Shown in pieces: positions 12,545 through 23,958 of a stretch of DNA of 64,000 bases. How positions within the stretch are numbered: position 1 is the first letter of the stretch; the number at the start of each line of letters is the position of its first letter. Location: contig OZ360238.1 of the NCBI GenBank assembly GCA_977017645.1, positions 42,904,001-42,968,000 of the forward strand, in the 5' to 3' direction. This DNA is from Torpedo marmorata (lineage: Eukaryota). The notes under the pieces are model-generated. The model ran no database searches, was not told the DNA's origin, and saw only the letters and a program-made list of their open reading frames with translations. The translations under genes and the position numbers were made by a program.

Positions 12545-12816
12545 AAATGACCAAATCATATTGGTGACACGAGCATGGCTCAGTTGGTTCCACTAAATCT
12601 GAGTCAGATGGCTGCATGCTCCAATCCAACAGCAGGGACCTGAACTTGCAAGCTGGACTGATACTTCGAGACAGTGGTGTGCTGTTTTCCTTGACAGCAT
12701 ACATCCAAAGAAGGTAATCTGACTTTTGCAGGAATTTGATCAAAGAATTCAGCAACTGAATTACTCAGAATTCATTGCCCAATTAACCATGAGAAATAAA
12801 ATATAAAATCCCCTGG

Positions 12817-12942
12817 AGTTAAGCAGGAAAGTCTGCAGACACTGTAATTGTAGTGGAATACACAAAAGTGCAGGAGAAACTCAGCAGGTAACACAGCATC
12901 TATAAGAAGTAAAGGATAACCAAAGTTTTGGGCCTGAGCCCT
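12817..12942 (-). mobile_element. Short Penelope pseudo-LTR insertion
   Basis: GGAGAAACTCAGCAGG...TTTTGGGCCTGAGCCCT is the reverse complement of the 4060-4192 type; CCCTGGA on both sides. Confidence 0.75.
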
Positions 12943-13318
12943 GGAATGGATTCTACTTCAAATGATTCACTGTTGCCTGAAAAGTGATATGATTAGTGTT
13001 TACTGCAAACAGTGTGTTGGTGTCATGAAAAGATATCTACCAGAGATCAGAAAGCAGAATCAACCAGGGCTAGGATCAGACAAAGAGATATCAGAGAAAT
13101 GAGATCAACCAGAGACAAAAGACATCAGCTATCAAGAAAAGATTAGACATTGCCTGCAGACTAGTCCTGGTAGATAATCCTGTCCTATCTCCAAAATTCT
13201 CCTCTTGGGGATGGGGGTTGTGAAGATACAGGATCCTGTGTCAACAGACTGGAATGCAATTGCAATGGTTTTTGATTTAATACATATTTTTAAATTTTTT
13301 AAAAATTTAAATTAAAAA

Positions 13319-13562
13319 TTATACATACAGCACAGTAACAGGCCATTTCGGCCCACGAGTTAGTGCCGCCCAATTTACACCCAAAACCTACACCCCTGGT
13401 ACATTTCGAACGGTGGGAGGAATCCTGAGCCCCTGTGGAAAACCCACACAGACACGGGGAGAACGTACAAACTCCTTACAGACAGCGTGGGAATCAAACC
13501 CCGGTCCCGATCGCTGGCGCTGTAAAGGCATTGTGCTAACCGCTACGCCAACCGTGCCGCCC
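13319..13562 (-). mobile_element. Full-length V-domain SINE
   Basis: Same family as 11309-11555. Confidence 0.9.
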
Positions 13563-14207
13563 ATCTGTTTAAATTTTGTCCTCGCACTGCCATATTTAAA
13601 GTTCATTCAAACTTATTCGCAAATCATTTCAAGTCACCCTAGCTAAATATGTTTCTCATCTCAGACTTGTTGGAGCTGAGACTGAGCTTTAGCAAGTCCT
13701 ACATTGTTATCAATTCCTGATTGATTCCACCTGGAGAAATGCCTGCACTTACACTCTCAATTTTTTCCAAGATGCTATTGCCAAGTCTGGTTGCTCAGTG
13801 TGTTGGTAATAGCATATTCCAATCCACAGTGCACTGAAGCACTATCTTATTCTTGTCTTTCACTTGAGTTCTCTGTCAGGTGGAGCAACGTGATCCACCA
13901 TCACCATTTAGTGGGGGCAGGAGTCTTTGACCGATGCATGAAACTATTATTTTTATCCTTTGAAAGAACATCAATGAGATTTCTGCACTTTTGGTCTTGA
14001 TGCACATCACCAGTTAGAGGCTGCTGTTAATCCTTTCAAAACACAGCCCAAGGCTAAGAGTGACCTATCAATCTCCCCATCCCGCACCTCCTCTGATCAT
14101 TTCATTTAAACACCAGTACTATCCTGCTTATAGACATGCTTGTTTTGACTGTGCGGCAGAAATGATAAATGTTTATTTTCTTTCATCATTGTAATTAATT
14201 ACAATGA

Positions 14208-15704
14208 ATGCGTAATGGTGGCGCTGCCGGAGCCGCTGTAACGGCCGCACTGCCGCTGGTGCGGACACGCGGGGAGCGTGGGAGCGGAGATACAGCACTC
14301 CCGCGGGGTCCAGCCGCCCAGTCAACTGCCGTCGGTTCCGCACGGGTTTTGAACGGCACGTTTTAAAAAAAATAATATTTTATTTAAAATTTTAAATCAC
14401 AAAATACATAAAATAAAATATGAAATTATCAAAATATTTGTGATACATTTTCACCCACCCTCCCCTCCCCAACCCTCCCAACCCCCTAATCTAATAAAAT
14501 AAAAATATATATAAAATAAAAATAAAGAAAAATAAAGAAAGAAAAAGATAGAGTAAGGAGAATGTCAATCTAAAAACATATATCTATAAACTAATTCTAT
14601 TATGGAGTTCAGGTATGCCAGTAGATCCGATGTCCAGAGATCTTCAGATCCTTAAACCAACAACTTTCATATATGGGCTCCAAATTTTTAAAAAGAAATG
14701 ATATTTATTACGTAAATTATAAGTAATTTTTTCAAGTGGTATACACGAACGAAGTTCTGCATGCCATCTTTCTAACCCTAAATCTAGATCAGATTTCCAA
14801 GTAATAGCAATACATTTCTTTGAAACAGCTAAAGCAATTCGCAAAAATTCTATTTGATACATATTTAATTTCATTTTAATACTAAGTTTTCTAATATCCC
14901 CAAACAAAAATATCATAGGGTCCATTGGAAATGAAATCTTAAATACTTTATCTGAAAGATTTTTAACTTTCAACCAAAAATCATAAACTTTTGGACACGT
15001 TAAAGGAGCCGACGGTGGTTTTATTTAAGATCCCGCGACCACGGGGTCTGCGCCCAAGATGGCAGCGCCTTTTAACCGGCAGCAGCCATGAGGGCCTGCA
15101 GATTCCGGGGAAGCAGAGGACTGGACCAGGGCACCAGACGTCGGGAAGAACATCGAGAAGGAGAAGCGGAGGAGACGACCCATGGGACGGTGACTACGGC
15201 GGCGGACCGGTGAGGGGCTCTGAGGCTGAAGGACCAGTGCATGCGGCAGGCTGCTGGCGACTCAAGGCGAGGAACCCGCGGAGGCTGTGGGCTGCTGGAG
15301 ACTGCTGTCGGGGGACTCACGCCGGGTTGCAGACTGCTGGAGGCTGGCTCGAATTGGCTGGAGGAGTACCAGGTATCGGAACCGGGATGCGATGGGGTGC
15401 CAAGGGCAACCTGACCGTGTTGGAGGTTCGGATCTGGAGCTCGGGCTGCCGATCGTTTGGACTGAACTCTGTGTGGCTGCAGAGGCTGCGGAAGCGCTGG
15501 AGGCGAATCTATGGACACTCGGTGACTCTGGAGGGACTCTCTTTTGCTTCTCTTTATCTGACTGTAAGGAATGTTAGAGGCGCTTAGGCAATTTCTGCCG
15601 GTGGTGAATCTGTCTGCCTTGCAGCAGGCAAAAAGAAATTTCATGGAATATGATACTGTCTTATTACTATGACAATAAATTGAATCTTGATCTTGATCTT
15701 GATC
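14208..15704 (+). mobile_element. GC-rich non-coding element with Rex1-type 3' tail, interrupted by L1
   Basis: CpG-rich body; 3' end GCAGGCAAAAAGAAATTTCAT...ATGACAATAAATTGAATCTT(GATCTT)n; partial second copy at 42105-42530; no RT motifs. Confidence 0.7.
14363..14995 (-). mobile_element. L1-clade 3' fragment, same family as 9799-10971
   Basis: ORF 14644-14973 nearly identical to ORF 10094-10339; CACGTT repeated at 14357-14362 and 14996-15001. Confidence 0.9.
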
Positions 15705-15877
15705 AGAGCCCACAATGAGCCAAAACTCATGACTGTCCAAAGCAGTGACATTTTGTTACACATCAACTAAACATTTTAAATTTCCACACACAATTTCTTA
15801 TGCAAAGCATTTAATGTGGCGAATTGTTTCATGACCCTTCACAGATACCAAGCCATGCAGGTGAAATTAAGGCAGGT

Positions 15878-16031
15878 TTTGGGCTTGAGCCCTTGATAAA
15901 GGACTCAAGCCCGAAACGTCGTTTATGTATTTTTACCTTTGCTATATAAAGGACACTGTTTGACCTGCTGAGTTTCTCCAGCATTGTGTTTTTACTTCAA
16001 CCATGGTGTCTCCAGATTTTCGTGTTTTACT
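15878..16031 (+). mobile_element. Penelope pseudo-LTR insertion with short inverted 5' arm and hammerhead-like motif
   Basis: TTTGGGCTTGAGCCCTT/GATAAAGGACTCAAGCCCGAAACGTC; body nearly identical to 4060-4192; TSD ATTAAGG(C/A)AGGT at 15866-15877 and 16032-16043. Confidence 0.85.
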
Positions 16032-17418
16032 ATTAAGGAAGGTAAGTTGGATTTAAAAAAAAAAATTAAGCATTGGGAATTGCATAAATTTAAGGAGAGG
16101 ATTTCATGGCCTGGGGTAAGACAGTTATTTGGTAGAGTAGTGTAGAGATTGTGATATAAGAGTCACCCACAGAGTTCTGGATCATTATTCTCAGGTTTTC
16201 CCACCTTGGCAGATGGAGAAATTTAATTCTAGTAATTAAATAAATCTGGAATTTAAATTGACAAAAAAAAATAACTTCCACATTTGCTCAATAGGATTTA
16301 GGGATGGACAATAAATATCAGTGATGGACGTATCCTTGAATAAATAATGATCAAAACTCTGCGAGTGATAGAATGAAGGGAATTAGTAATGCATGAGAGA
16401 CCAATATTTGAGGAAAGGAGTGAACTCGGATGATCCAGGACTGAGGTACTTTTCAGGGTCATCTGTGGACTGGGAAGAAGTAATGAATTGCTCTGAACAA
16501 CCTATTCCTTAACTAGTTTACCAAAGCAAGCCTGTGTCTGGCAGGCAAGTTGTTGGTAGCTGAGTCCAGAATGGTCAGCTGATGATGACCCAGAATGAAG
16601 GTGCCTCACTCAATCTTTTCAAAGGAGATGAAATAATAGGTGTCTGAATGTTTGGGGAAATTAGTAGCTGTTTAGTATTTCCTATTCCATGTCTTACAAA
16701 ATAAACCTATCTCTCAGAAAAAATGCTATTATTTTGGACTGAACTACGCTCCTGCTTGGTAAACTCTTCCTTCTAATACCAGATATTGGCATTGGATTGT
16801 TCCACCAAAGTAACACCTCAATTAAAACAAACTAATTCCTCATTCACTGTTACTGCTCAAGCACTTCCCCTTGGTGTAACTAGATAATGATCAGGAAAGG
16901 GATCAATTTTTATTCTCTTGGACAAGGAGGTCAATAGTATCCTCAGCTGCCACTCCAGCCAGAATGGTGCTAATTCATCACAACCCAGGGAGTGCAGAAG
17001 AGATCTCCCTTGGTCTGTCCAGTTCATGAATTGCATTTATTGTGTGAGTCTTCAAGCCAGTTCTTAGTACTTTCATACAACTATCATTATCTTATCTGTC
17101 CTTGGCTCAGATTGTTAACAAAGTTCAACCTTATCTTGATCAAATCAAATCTTCAATTTTCCCTTGCACCTTAAAGTAATTTATGAGCGTAATATTTCAA
17201 CTGAAATTCGCATCCCCAGTTTTTCAAATATGTTAACCACAACCCTCCAAATCAGACCAAAAGAAGTAGCCCCAGAGTTTGATGCAAATGAGTAATCACA
17301 GCCTCCAAATGCTCAAACAATAATCACAGATATCAATTCCAATGTCTTTAATTAGCAATTTCCACTAACTTTTCTATGCTTCAATACTGATCCATTGTTT
17401 GCACCCCGCATGTGCCTA

Positions 17419-18160
17419 TTAGAATTAGAATCAGAATCAAAATTTATTGTTATTAATGTGTCACAACATTTGTTGTTTTGCAGCAGCATGACAGCTGCAA
17501 ATATTACCAGAAATACATTTAAAAGTAAATAAATTAGTGCAAAACGAAGAGAAAGTGAGGTAATGTCTGTGGTTCATCGTCCATTCAGAAATCCGATGGC
17601 TGAGGGGAAGCAGTTGGTTTAGTGCCGCTGGGTGTTTATCTTCTGGCTCCTGTACCTCCTTCCCGATGATAGCAGATTGAGAGGGCATGGCCTGGGTGGT
17701 GAGGATCCTTGACGATCGAGGCTGTTTTCTTAAGAGACTGCCTCTTGTAGATGTCCTCGATGAAGTGATGGCGCTGGCCGAGTTCACAACTCTATAGTCT
17801 TTTCCGTCCTGTGCATTGGCACCTCCATACCAGACAGTGATGCAGAATGCTCTCCATGGTACACCTGTAGAAATTTCCAAGAGTCTTTGGTGACATATTA
17901 AATCTCCTCAAACTCCTCACAAAGTATAGCCGCTGGTGAGCCTTCATTGTGGTTGCATCGACATGGAGGCCCCAGGATAGATCTTGAGAGATGTTGACAC
18001 CTAGGAACTTAAAGTTCATAACCCTTTCCTCTGCTGACCCCTCGATGAGGACTGGTTTGTGTTCTCCTTGATTTCCCCCTCCTGAAGTCCACAATCAGCT
18101 CCTTTGATTTACTGAGTGTAAGGTTGTTGTTGTGATTAAACATCAGCATCTCTCCAATTT
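17419..18160 (-). mobile_element. Rex1/Babar LINE 3' fragment
   Basis: [38 protein letters not shown] motifs; AATAAA plus (GATTCT)-type tail. Confidence 0.9.
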
Positions 18161-18294
18161 CTTCCGAAAAGCTCCTGGATCCTTGCTTCACTTTTTGGCT
18201 CCTTACCTGCCTTGATTTCTCCTGTGCCTTGCTGCCAGATAACATTCCAGGGAAACATCATGGAACAATTTACACATAAAAATGTTCCAAAATT

Positions 18295-18400
18295 CCACAG
18301 ATACAAGACCAGTTCTTACAGAATGGAAATGTGCAAATGTAACTCCACTATTTCAGAAGGAGAAATAAATTGGGAACTACAAACCATTTTCCATCAGTTT
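18295..18400 (+). mobile_element. Small CR1 RT-region relic
   Basis: GAATGGAAATGTGCAAATGTAACTCCACTATTTCAGAAGGA encodes EWKCANVTPLFQK, like the CR1 DWKxANVTPLFKKG motif. Confidence 0.55.
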
Positions 18401-18444
18401 AAATCAAACCATTAGTTGAATCTGTTCTCTGTTATCTGGATCAG

Positions 18445-19876
18445 TGGTAGATCAAGCTCCAAACCCTGGACCTCTGTACCCCCCTCTGCAACTGGCTCCT
18501 TGACTTCCTCATCAGAAGACCACAGTCAGTACGAATTGGAAACAACGTCTCCTCACTGACGATCAACACAGGCGCACCTCAAGGATGCGTGCTTAGCCCA
18601 CTGCTCTACTCACTCTACACCAGTGGTTTTCAAACTTTTTCTTTCCACTCACATACCACCTTAAGTAATCCCTATGCCATAGGTGCTCTGTGATTAGTAA
18701 GGGATTACTTAAGGTGGTATGTGAGTGGAAAGAAAAAGTTTGAAAACCACTGTTTTAATCGTACCTAGTTGACTCGTTATGTGCACGATTTCATAACTCC
18801 AAAGGAAATGGGCCAATGACAATTTTTCTCAAGCAAAATATTTCAGTAGCAATTGGGTCTAGAGCAATGGTTCTTAACCTTTTCCCTCACTCACATACCA
18901 CCTTATGTAATCCCTTACTAATCACAGAGCACCTATGGCATAGGGATTACTTAAGGTGGTATGTGAGTGGAAAGAAAAAGTTTGAAAACCACTGCTCTAC
19001 ACCCATAATTGTGTGGCTAGGCACAATTAAAATGCAATCTGCAAATTTGCCGAAGACGCCACGGTTGTCGGCAGAATCACAGATGACAATGAGGAAGTGT
19101 ACAGGAGGGAGATAGATCAGCTAGTTGAGTGGTGTCATAACAACCTTGCACTCAACATTAGCAAAACCAAGGAGATGATTGTGGTTTTCAGGAGGAAATC
19201 AGGAGAACACAAACCAGTCCTCATCGAGGGATCAGCAGTGTAGAGGCTCAAGAACTTCAATTTCCTGGTGTCAACATCTCTGAGGATCTGTCCTGGAGCC
19301 TCCATGTTGATGAAGAAGGCTCGCCAATAGCTATACTTTGTAAGAAGTTTGAGGTGATTCGGTATGTCACTGAAGACTCTCAGAAACTTCTACAGGTGTA
19401 CCGTGGAGAGCATTCTGGCTGGTTGCATCACTGCTTGGTATGGAAGTGCCAATGCTCAGGACAAGAAAAAACTCCAGAGTGTTGTTAACTTGCCATGTGA
19501 CATCACGGGCACCTGTCTTCATTCATTCGAGGACATTTTCAAGAGGCAATGTCTCAAGAAAGCAGCCTCTATCCTCAAGGACCCCCACCATCCAGGCCAT
19601 GCCCTCTTCACTCTGCTACCATCAGGAAAAAGGTGCAGGAGCCTGAAGATGAGCACTCAGTGGCACAAGGATAGGTTCTTCCCCTCTGCCATCAGATTTC
19701 TGAATGAACAATGAACCAGAGACACCACCTCACCTTGTCTTCTTCTTTTTCTTGCACTATTTTATTTATTGTTGTAATGTGGTTTATATAAATGTTTGCA
19801 CTGTGATGCTGCCACAAAACAACAAATTTCATGACATGTTCATGACAATAAATTCTGATTCTGATTCTGATTCTGA
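18445..19876 (+). mobile_element. Rex1/Babar LINE 3' half, interrupted by composite MITE
   Basis: LCNWLLDFL...[18 protein letters not shown] interrupted at 18620 and resuming at 18995; ORF 19364-19714; (GATTCT)n tail. Confidence 0.92.
18621..18994. mobile_element. Composite hAT (Charlie-like) element: two inverted palindromic MITEs plus 112-bp spacer
   Basis: Units 18621-18752 and 18865-18994, each with CA(G/A)TGGTT...AACCACTG ends; a single 8-bp TSD CTCTACAC at 18613-18620 and 18995-19002. Confidence 0.9.
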
Positions 19877-20206
19877 GATAGGGCAGTTGAATTGCCTCAA
19901 TGCAATCCAGATGGATCTTTGGGTTGCCTGCAGTCTTTAAACCATAATGGCATAAGGGTTACAACTTCCCTTTTAAGGAGAACTTTCATGAAAAAAATTA
20001 GGTACTTCATTTAAGTTTGCAATATGCTCAGATTGCAATGTTGGTGTATTCCAACGTTTCACACCCCCCCCCCCCCACATAATTAATGCTTTTAAATCTT
20101 CATTTAAAATCATTGCCTAAATATCATGTGAACTAGCACCGAACATAGGGTCCCTCGATGGGACCCCTAATGCTTTCCTGCAATCCCTATTGAGGATGAT
20201 TTAAAT

Positions 20207-20415
20207 CAGCCTTCTCAATCTTTTTTCAGCTATGCCCCCCCCCCCCCCAGGACTCTGCTCAAGATTTATGGGCCACATTCCCTGTGAAGCAGTTAGGTTT
20301 TGCTTTCTTCCGTGCTTCTCTCCTACCGACTACACAGAAAACATAAAAAAATATTTATGTTGCGTGAGGTGAAAAGAAAGCAAGGCTGTGCTGTGGCCCC
20401 CGTTGAGAATGGCTG
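20207..20415. mobile_element. hAT/Charlie-like MITE
   Basis: TIR CAGCCTTCTCAA / TTGAGAATGGCTG; inverted copy of 11743-11941. Confidence 0.7.
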
Positions 20416-20669
20416 CTTTAATGGTTTCATATCATTTAGTCATGTACTTACATGTATCGTATACTTCTCAAAATTATTGGCTGCGGGTCTGTTCGGGAGC
20501 CAGATGTCAATGTCTGCTTTTGCAGGTCACAGAGGAGATTCAGGAGAGAGTTTGTGTGGTGTGCTGTTCCTCCACTGAAGGAGCACTGATGACAGTGCTT
20601 AGCTCTGTGCTCTGTAGCTTGGGTTGCATAGTCACAGTCACACTGTGGTTTTAATTTTACATCCATGTA

Positions 20670-20876
20670 CATAGAACCATAGAACACTACAGCACAGAAA
20701 TTGGCCCTTCAACCCTTCTAGTTAGTACAAACTATTATTCTGCCAAGTCCCACTGACCTGCACCCAGTCCCTAGCCCTCCATACCCCTCCCATCCATGTA
20801 CCTGCCCAAACTTAAAATTGAGCCTGCATTCACATCTTCGGCTGGCAACTCGTTCCACACTCTCACCACTCTATGC
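20670..20876 (-). mobile_element. CR1 3' end
   Basis: CATAGAACCATAGAACACTACAGCACAGAAA tail, matches 26817 onward. Confidence 0.85.
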
Positions 20877-21173
20877 ATTTGATGGTACATCAGTGTCTTT
20901 GTGGATTTTCAACGAATGCAATAAGTCATCTCCATTATTCCATTTTTCTCAACTAGTGATCTTGTGGATCTGGATTAGATCCCAGGATGGAATCATCACA
21001 TTCCTACAATGGAGATTCACGCTTGAGTGAGGAATGAGGGGGCACTCGATTCATGGGTAGATTATCATTGCAAAAGAAAGGTGTAAGAGTTGCAAGAGTT
21101 TCTGAATCATGGATGACAACATTCATGAGAACAGGAAACCAAGAAATAGAGAAAAGAAATGTACGTAAAGAAC

Positions 21174-21403
21174 CGGCATGATTAGTGTAATTGTTAGAGC
21201 AACGTTATTACAGCGCCAGCGACCCCGGTTCAAATCAGTCTGCAAGAGGTTTGTATGTTCTCCCCAAGTCTGCGTGGGTTTCCTTCGGGTGTTCCAGTTT
21301 CCTCCCACCCTTCAAAACATACGGAGATTGTAAGTTAATCGGTGTATTTGGAAGGGCACAAGCTCGTGGGCTGGAAGAACCTTTTCATGTGCTGTATGTC
21401 TAA
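21174..21403 (+). mobile_element. V-domain SINE
   Basis: TTACAGCGCCAGCGACCCCGGTTCAAATC head, V-domain, TGCTGTATGTCTAA tail. Confidence 0.85.
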
Positions 21404-21419
21404 TTTCTTTTTAAAAAAA

Positions 21420-21720
21420 TGACATCTTTCATAGCTCTTTCAGGACCTTGCAAACCACTGTATATTATTTAAGAATTTTTTGAAATATAGTTACTGTTTG
21501 AATTTATGGAATTGCCACAGCCAGTTGTACACAGCAATCTCTTGCAAATAGCGATGTGATATTGACCATCCAATCTATTTCAATAATATTAAGTGAATAA
21601 TAAACATTTATGCAGACAATAAGAATAATTCCCAGTATTTCCTTGAAATAGTGGCATGGGATCTTTTCTTTCAGTTTTGGAGGTTCAAGCTGAGTATTTT
21701 TATTCTGTGCATGTGTTAGG
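21420..21720 (-). mobile_element. Ancient Deu-domain SINE relic (3' half)
   Basis: CTTGAAATAGTGGCATGGGATCTTTT and ACAGCAATCTCTTGCAAATAGCGATGTGATA motifs; related in inverse to 41055-41285. Confidence 0.5.
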
Positions 21721-21989
21721 GTTGAGGATCTGATGAACATGCTTTGAAGTCATGTTAATTTACATTTTAAAAACAATGAATTATTCCAACTTTAAAGACC
21801 TGCGATTTTTCATTCAAATCCTCAACGCGCAACACTATTTTTGTTCAAGTCATGAAATAGAAACAGCAAACGAGACTGGGAAATACTGTGTGAACATTTC
21901 ACAGAGAAGTCCGTTAAAAAGCATTCTGCGTCTGTCTTCAGAAAGAATAATTTAACATTGAATTATGAATTCCAGACAAACCCTCACTA

Positions 21990-23420
21990 CTTGTAAAACG
22001 ATATCTAAAATCACCAGACAGTCCTTATGTGATTGCCAGATAGGCTGGGGCCCATTAGAAAAAAAACACAACAGTGTGATAACAGAGAAAGGTCAAAGTT
22101 GTCATAGATTAATCTCAATTATGAGGGTAGCACGTGGAACTCTTCCATTGCCAACTAATCTTATTCCACACACATGCGCATTGTCATGTGATTTGAAACA
22201 TGACTAAATGAAATTATAAAGCAGTGTTAAATTTATTAATCATTTAATTAACTAAATGTTCCTGCAACTACAGTGGAGATGAATGGCGTGTCATCTGCTA
22301 ATACAATTTGCCTCTCAGTCAGGAAGGGTCAGAGGAGAAGCAAACTGCATCTTGAATTATCCTTACATCACACCTTCTTTAAAAGGGTTACAATTATGGC
22401 ATGGCTTTCTCTGTGCAATGCCCTTGCTGCTAACCCATCTGACATTGTGGGTCATGTTGTTTGGGAAGAGGGAATGGGGAGCAGTGAGGCTCAGGGTGAT
22501 TTGGTGGGTGGTGATCAAGGATGTGCGATCAGGCAGGATAGTGTGTCGGGGTGGCGGGGGGTGGGGGGGGGGAGTGGCTGGTCGTCCCATTCGATCACTG
22601 CATTATTTTATATCAGGACCTGCAATCAGCCTGATGACAGGCATCAGTGGAGGAATGCAAAGCTTCTGGAGACGGAAAAGACCGCGGCCTGACACAGAAG
22701 GTGACTCCTGAGGCACTAACCTTGGAGAAAGTTACACTTTATTAAAATGAATTTAGAAAGGTTGTTCTTGACAGCTGCATAATTAAATATCAGAGTGTCA
22801 GCAATAATTTATTCCACACACATTTGGTGGTCATAGCCTGTTTGCTTTAGGGTCAATATGCATATTAGAAAGAAAGGGAAAATAAGGAGTGAAAGAAAAC
22901 ACACAGTGAGGTGCATTTATCTTGGACTGAGGTGGGGGTGGGGAATGTGGATAAGATAGACAATGCTCTCTGTATGAGCCTTATAAATTTCAGCTGCAGT
23001 ACCGTGAAGCACACGTCTATTTCACCTGGTGCAAGAGTATTTACTTTCTCCTTTTTTTTGTGTGAAGAAGCAGGCAGACAAGGTCTGTTGGTCACAGTGT
23101 ATTACCTTGTCAGTTGCAGTACACCTCGTATGTGTCCTGAACAAATTACATGCTTCTGTAGGTCTGAAAGGGTATGGAGGTTATAACTCACTGTATGCCC
23201 CAGTGCAGGCTTCTGTTACTTCCCAAATGATAACCAAGGTCACGCTAATCAACTCAATTACCCGTCCTGTTGGAGATTTTGATAATGGTTTCAGCAAGTC
23301 AGCTTCCTGTTTAAAAGCAAACCTTTCCTTCCCAGCAAATTATTCCTTTTCTGTAAAAAAAATCACATGCCTTGATTCTAAAAACAAAAATTATTCCTCC
23401 TTTTGCTGCCAATGAGAAGG
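21990..23420. promoter_or_regulatory. Repeat-free block with enhancer-like motif density (candidate conserved non-coding elements)
   Basis: No recognisable TE; many TAAT/ATTA, TGACAG, CAGCTG, AGGTCA and GATAA motifs; conservation cannot be seen from one sequence. Confidence 0.35.
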
Positions 23421-23958
23421 AAAAAAAGTTTAATTCGTTCTTCCATTTCTCTGTTTAATTTTTAAATGAACCATTTGAATATTTTTTTGAGTGCAAAATG
23501 AAAGTCATTCACTGAGACTTGTATCTTTGTACGAGTGTGCATATATTTATTTCTGTTATATTTTAACACATTTATTTTTTATTATACCAACTCTGATTAC
23601 GCACTGAACTCTATAAAAGCCAAAAAAGTGGAATCTTGTATGTTCTGTTCTCCCACTAATAGAAGTTGACTGATGATTGAAAGGTCGCTGAAATTTCACG
23701 AGAGGATTTGCCACTCTTCTCAATGATCTATTGAAGTCCAATTTCTTTGCATCTTTAACATTTTCTTCACAATTATCTAATGATCCCAAATCATGATCCT
23801 TTTCAGCAATGTATTTCAAATTGTAATGACCCCTTGTGTTAAATAAGTTTCTCTAATCCATTATATGCTTCCAGGACCAGTCCTGAGCTTCTCCTTCAGA
23901 GTGCTACATGTGATTTAGTGGGTTGCGTACTTCCCCCTGAGTCAGGAGGTTGTGAGTT

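Noticed and set aside
11309-13562. Three same-strand SINEs about 1 kb apart as a tandem segmental duplication
   Set aside because: The flanks are unrelated and the middle copy is a different subfamily.
14991-15740. Overlapping 198-aa and 222-aa ORFs as a novel gene
   Set aside because: Both strands are open because of high GC; the plus ORF starts inside an L1 junction, and the sequence recurs as a dispersed repeat at 42105.
15898-15905. U3-A8 compensatory change in the hammerhead core (TTGATAA, also at 32170)
   Set aside because: Equally explained by decay of a GACGA CpG on both strands; cannot be called covariation from two copies.
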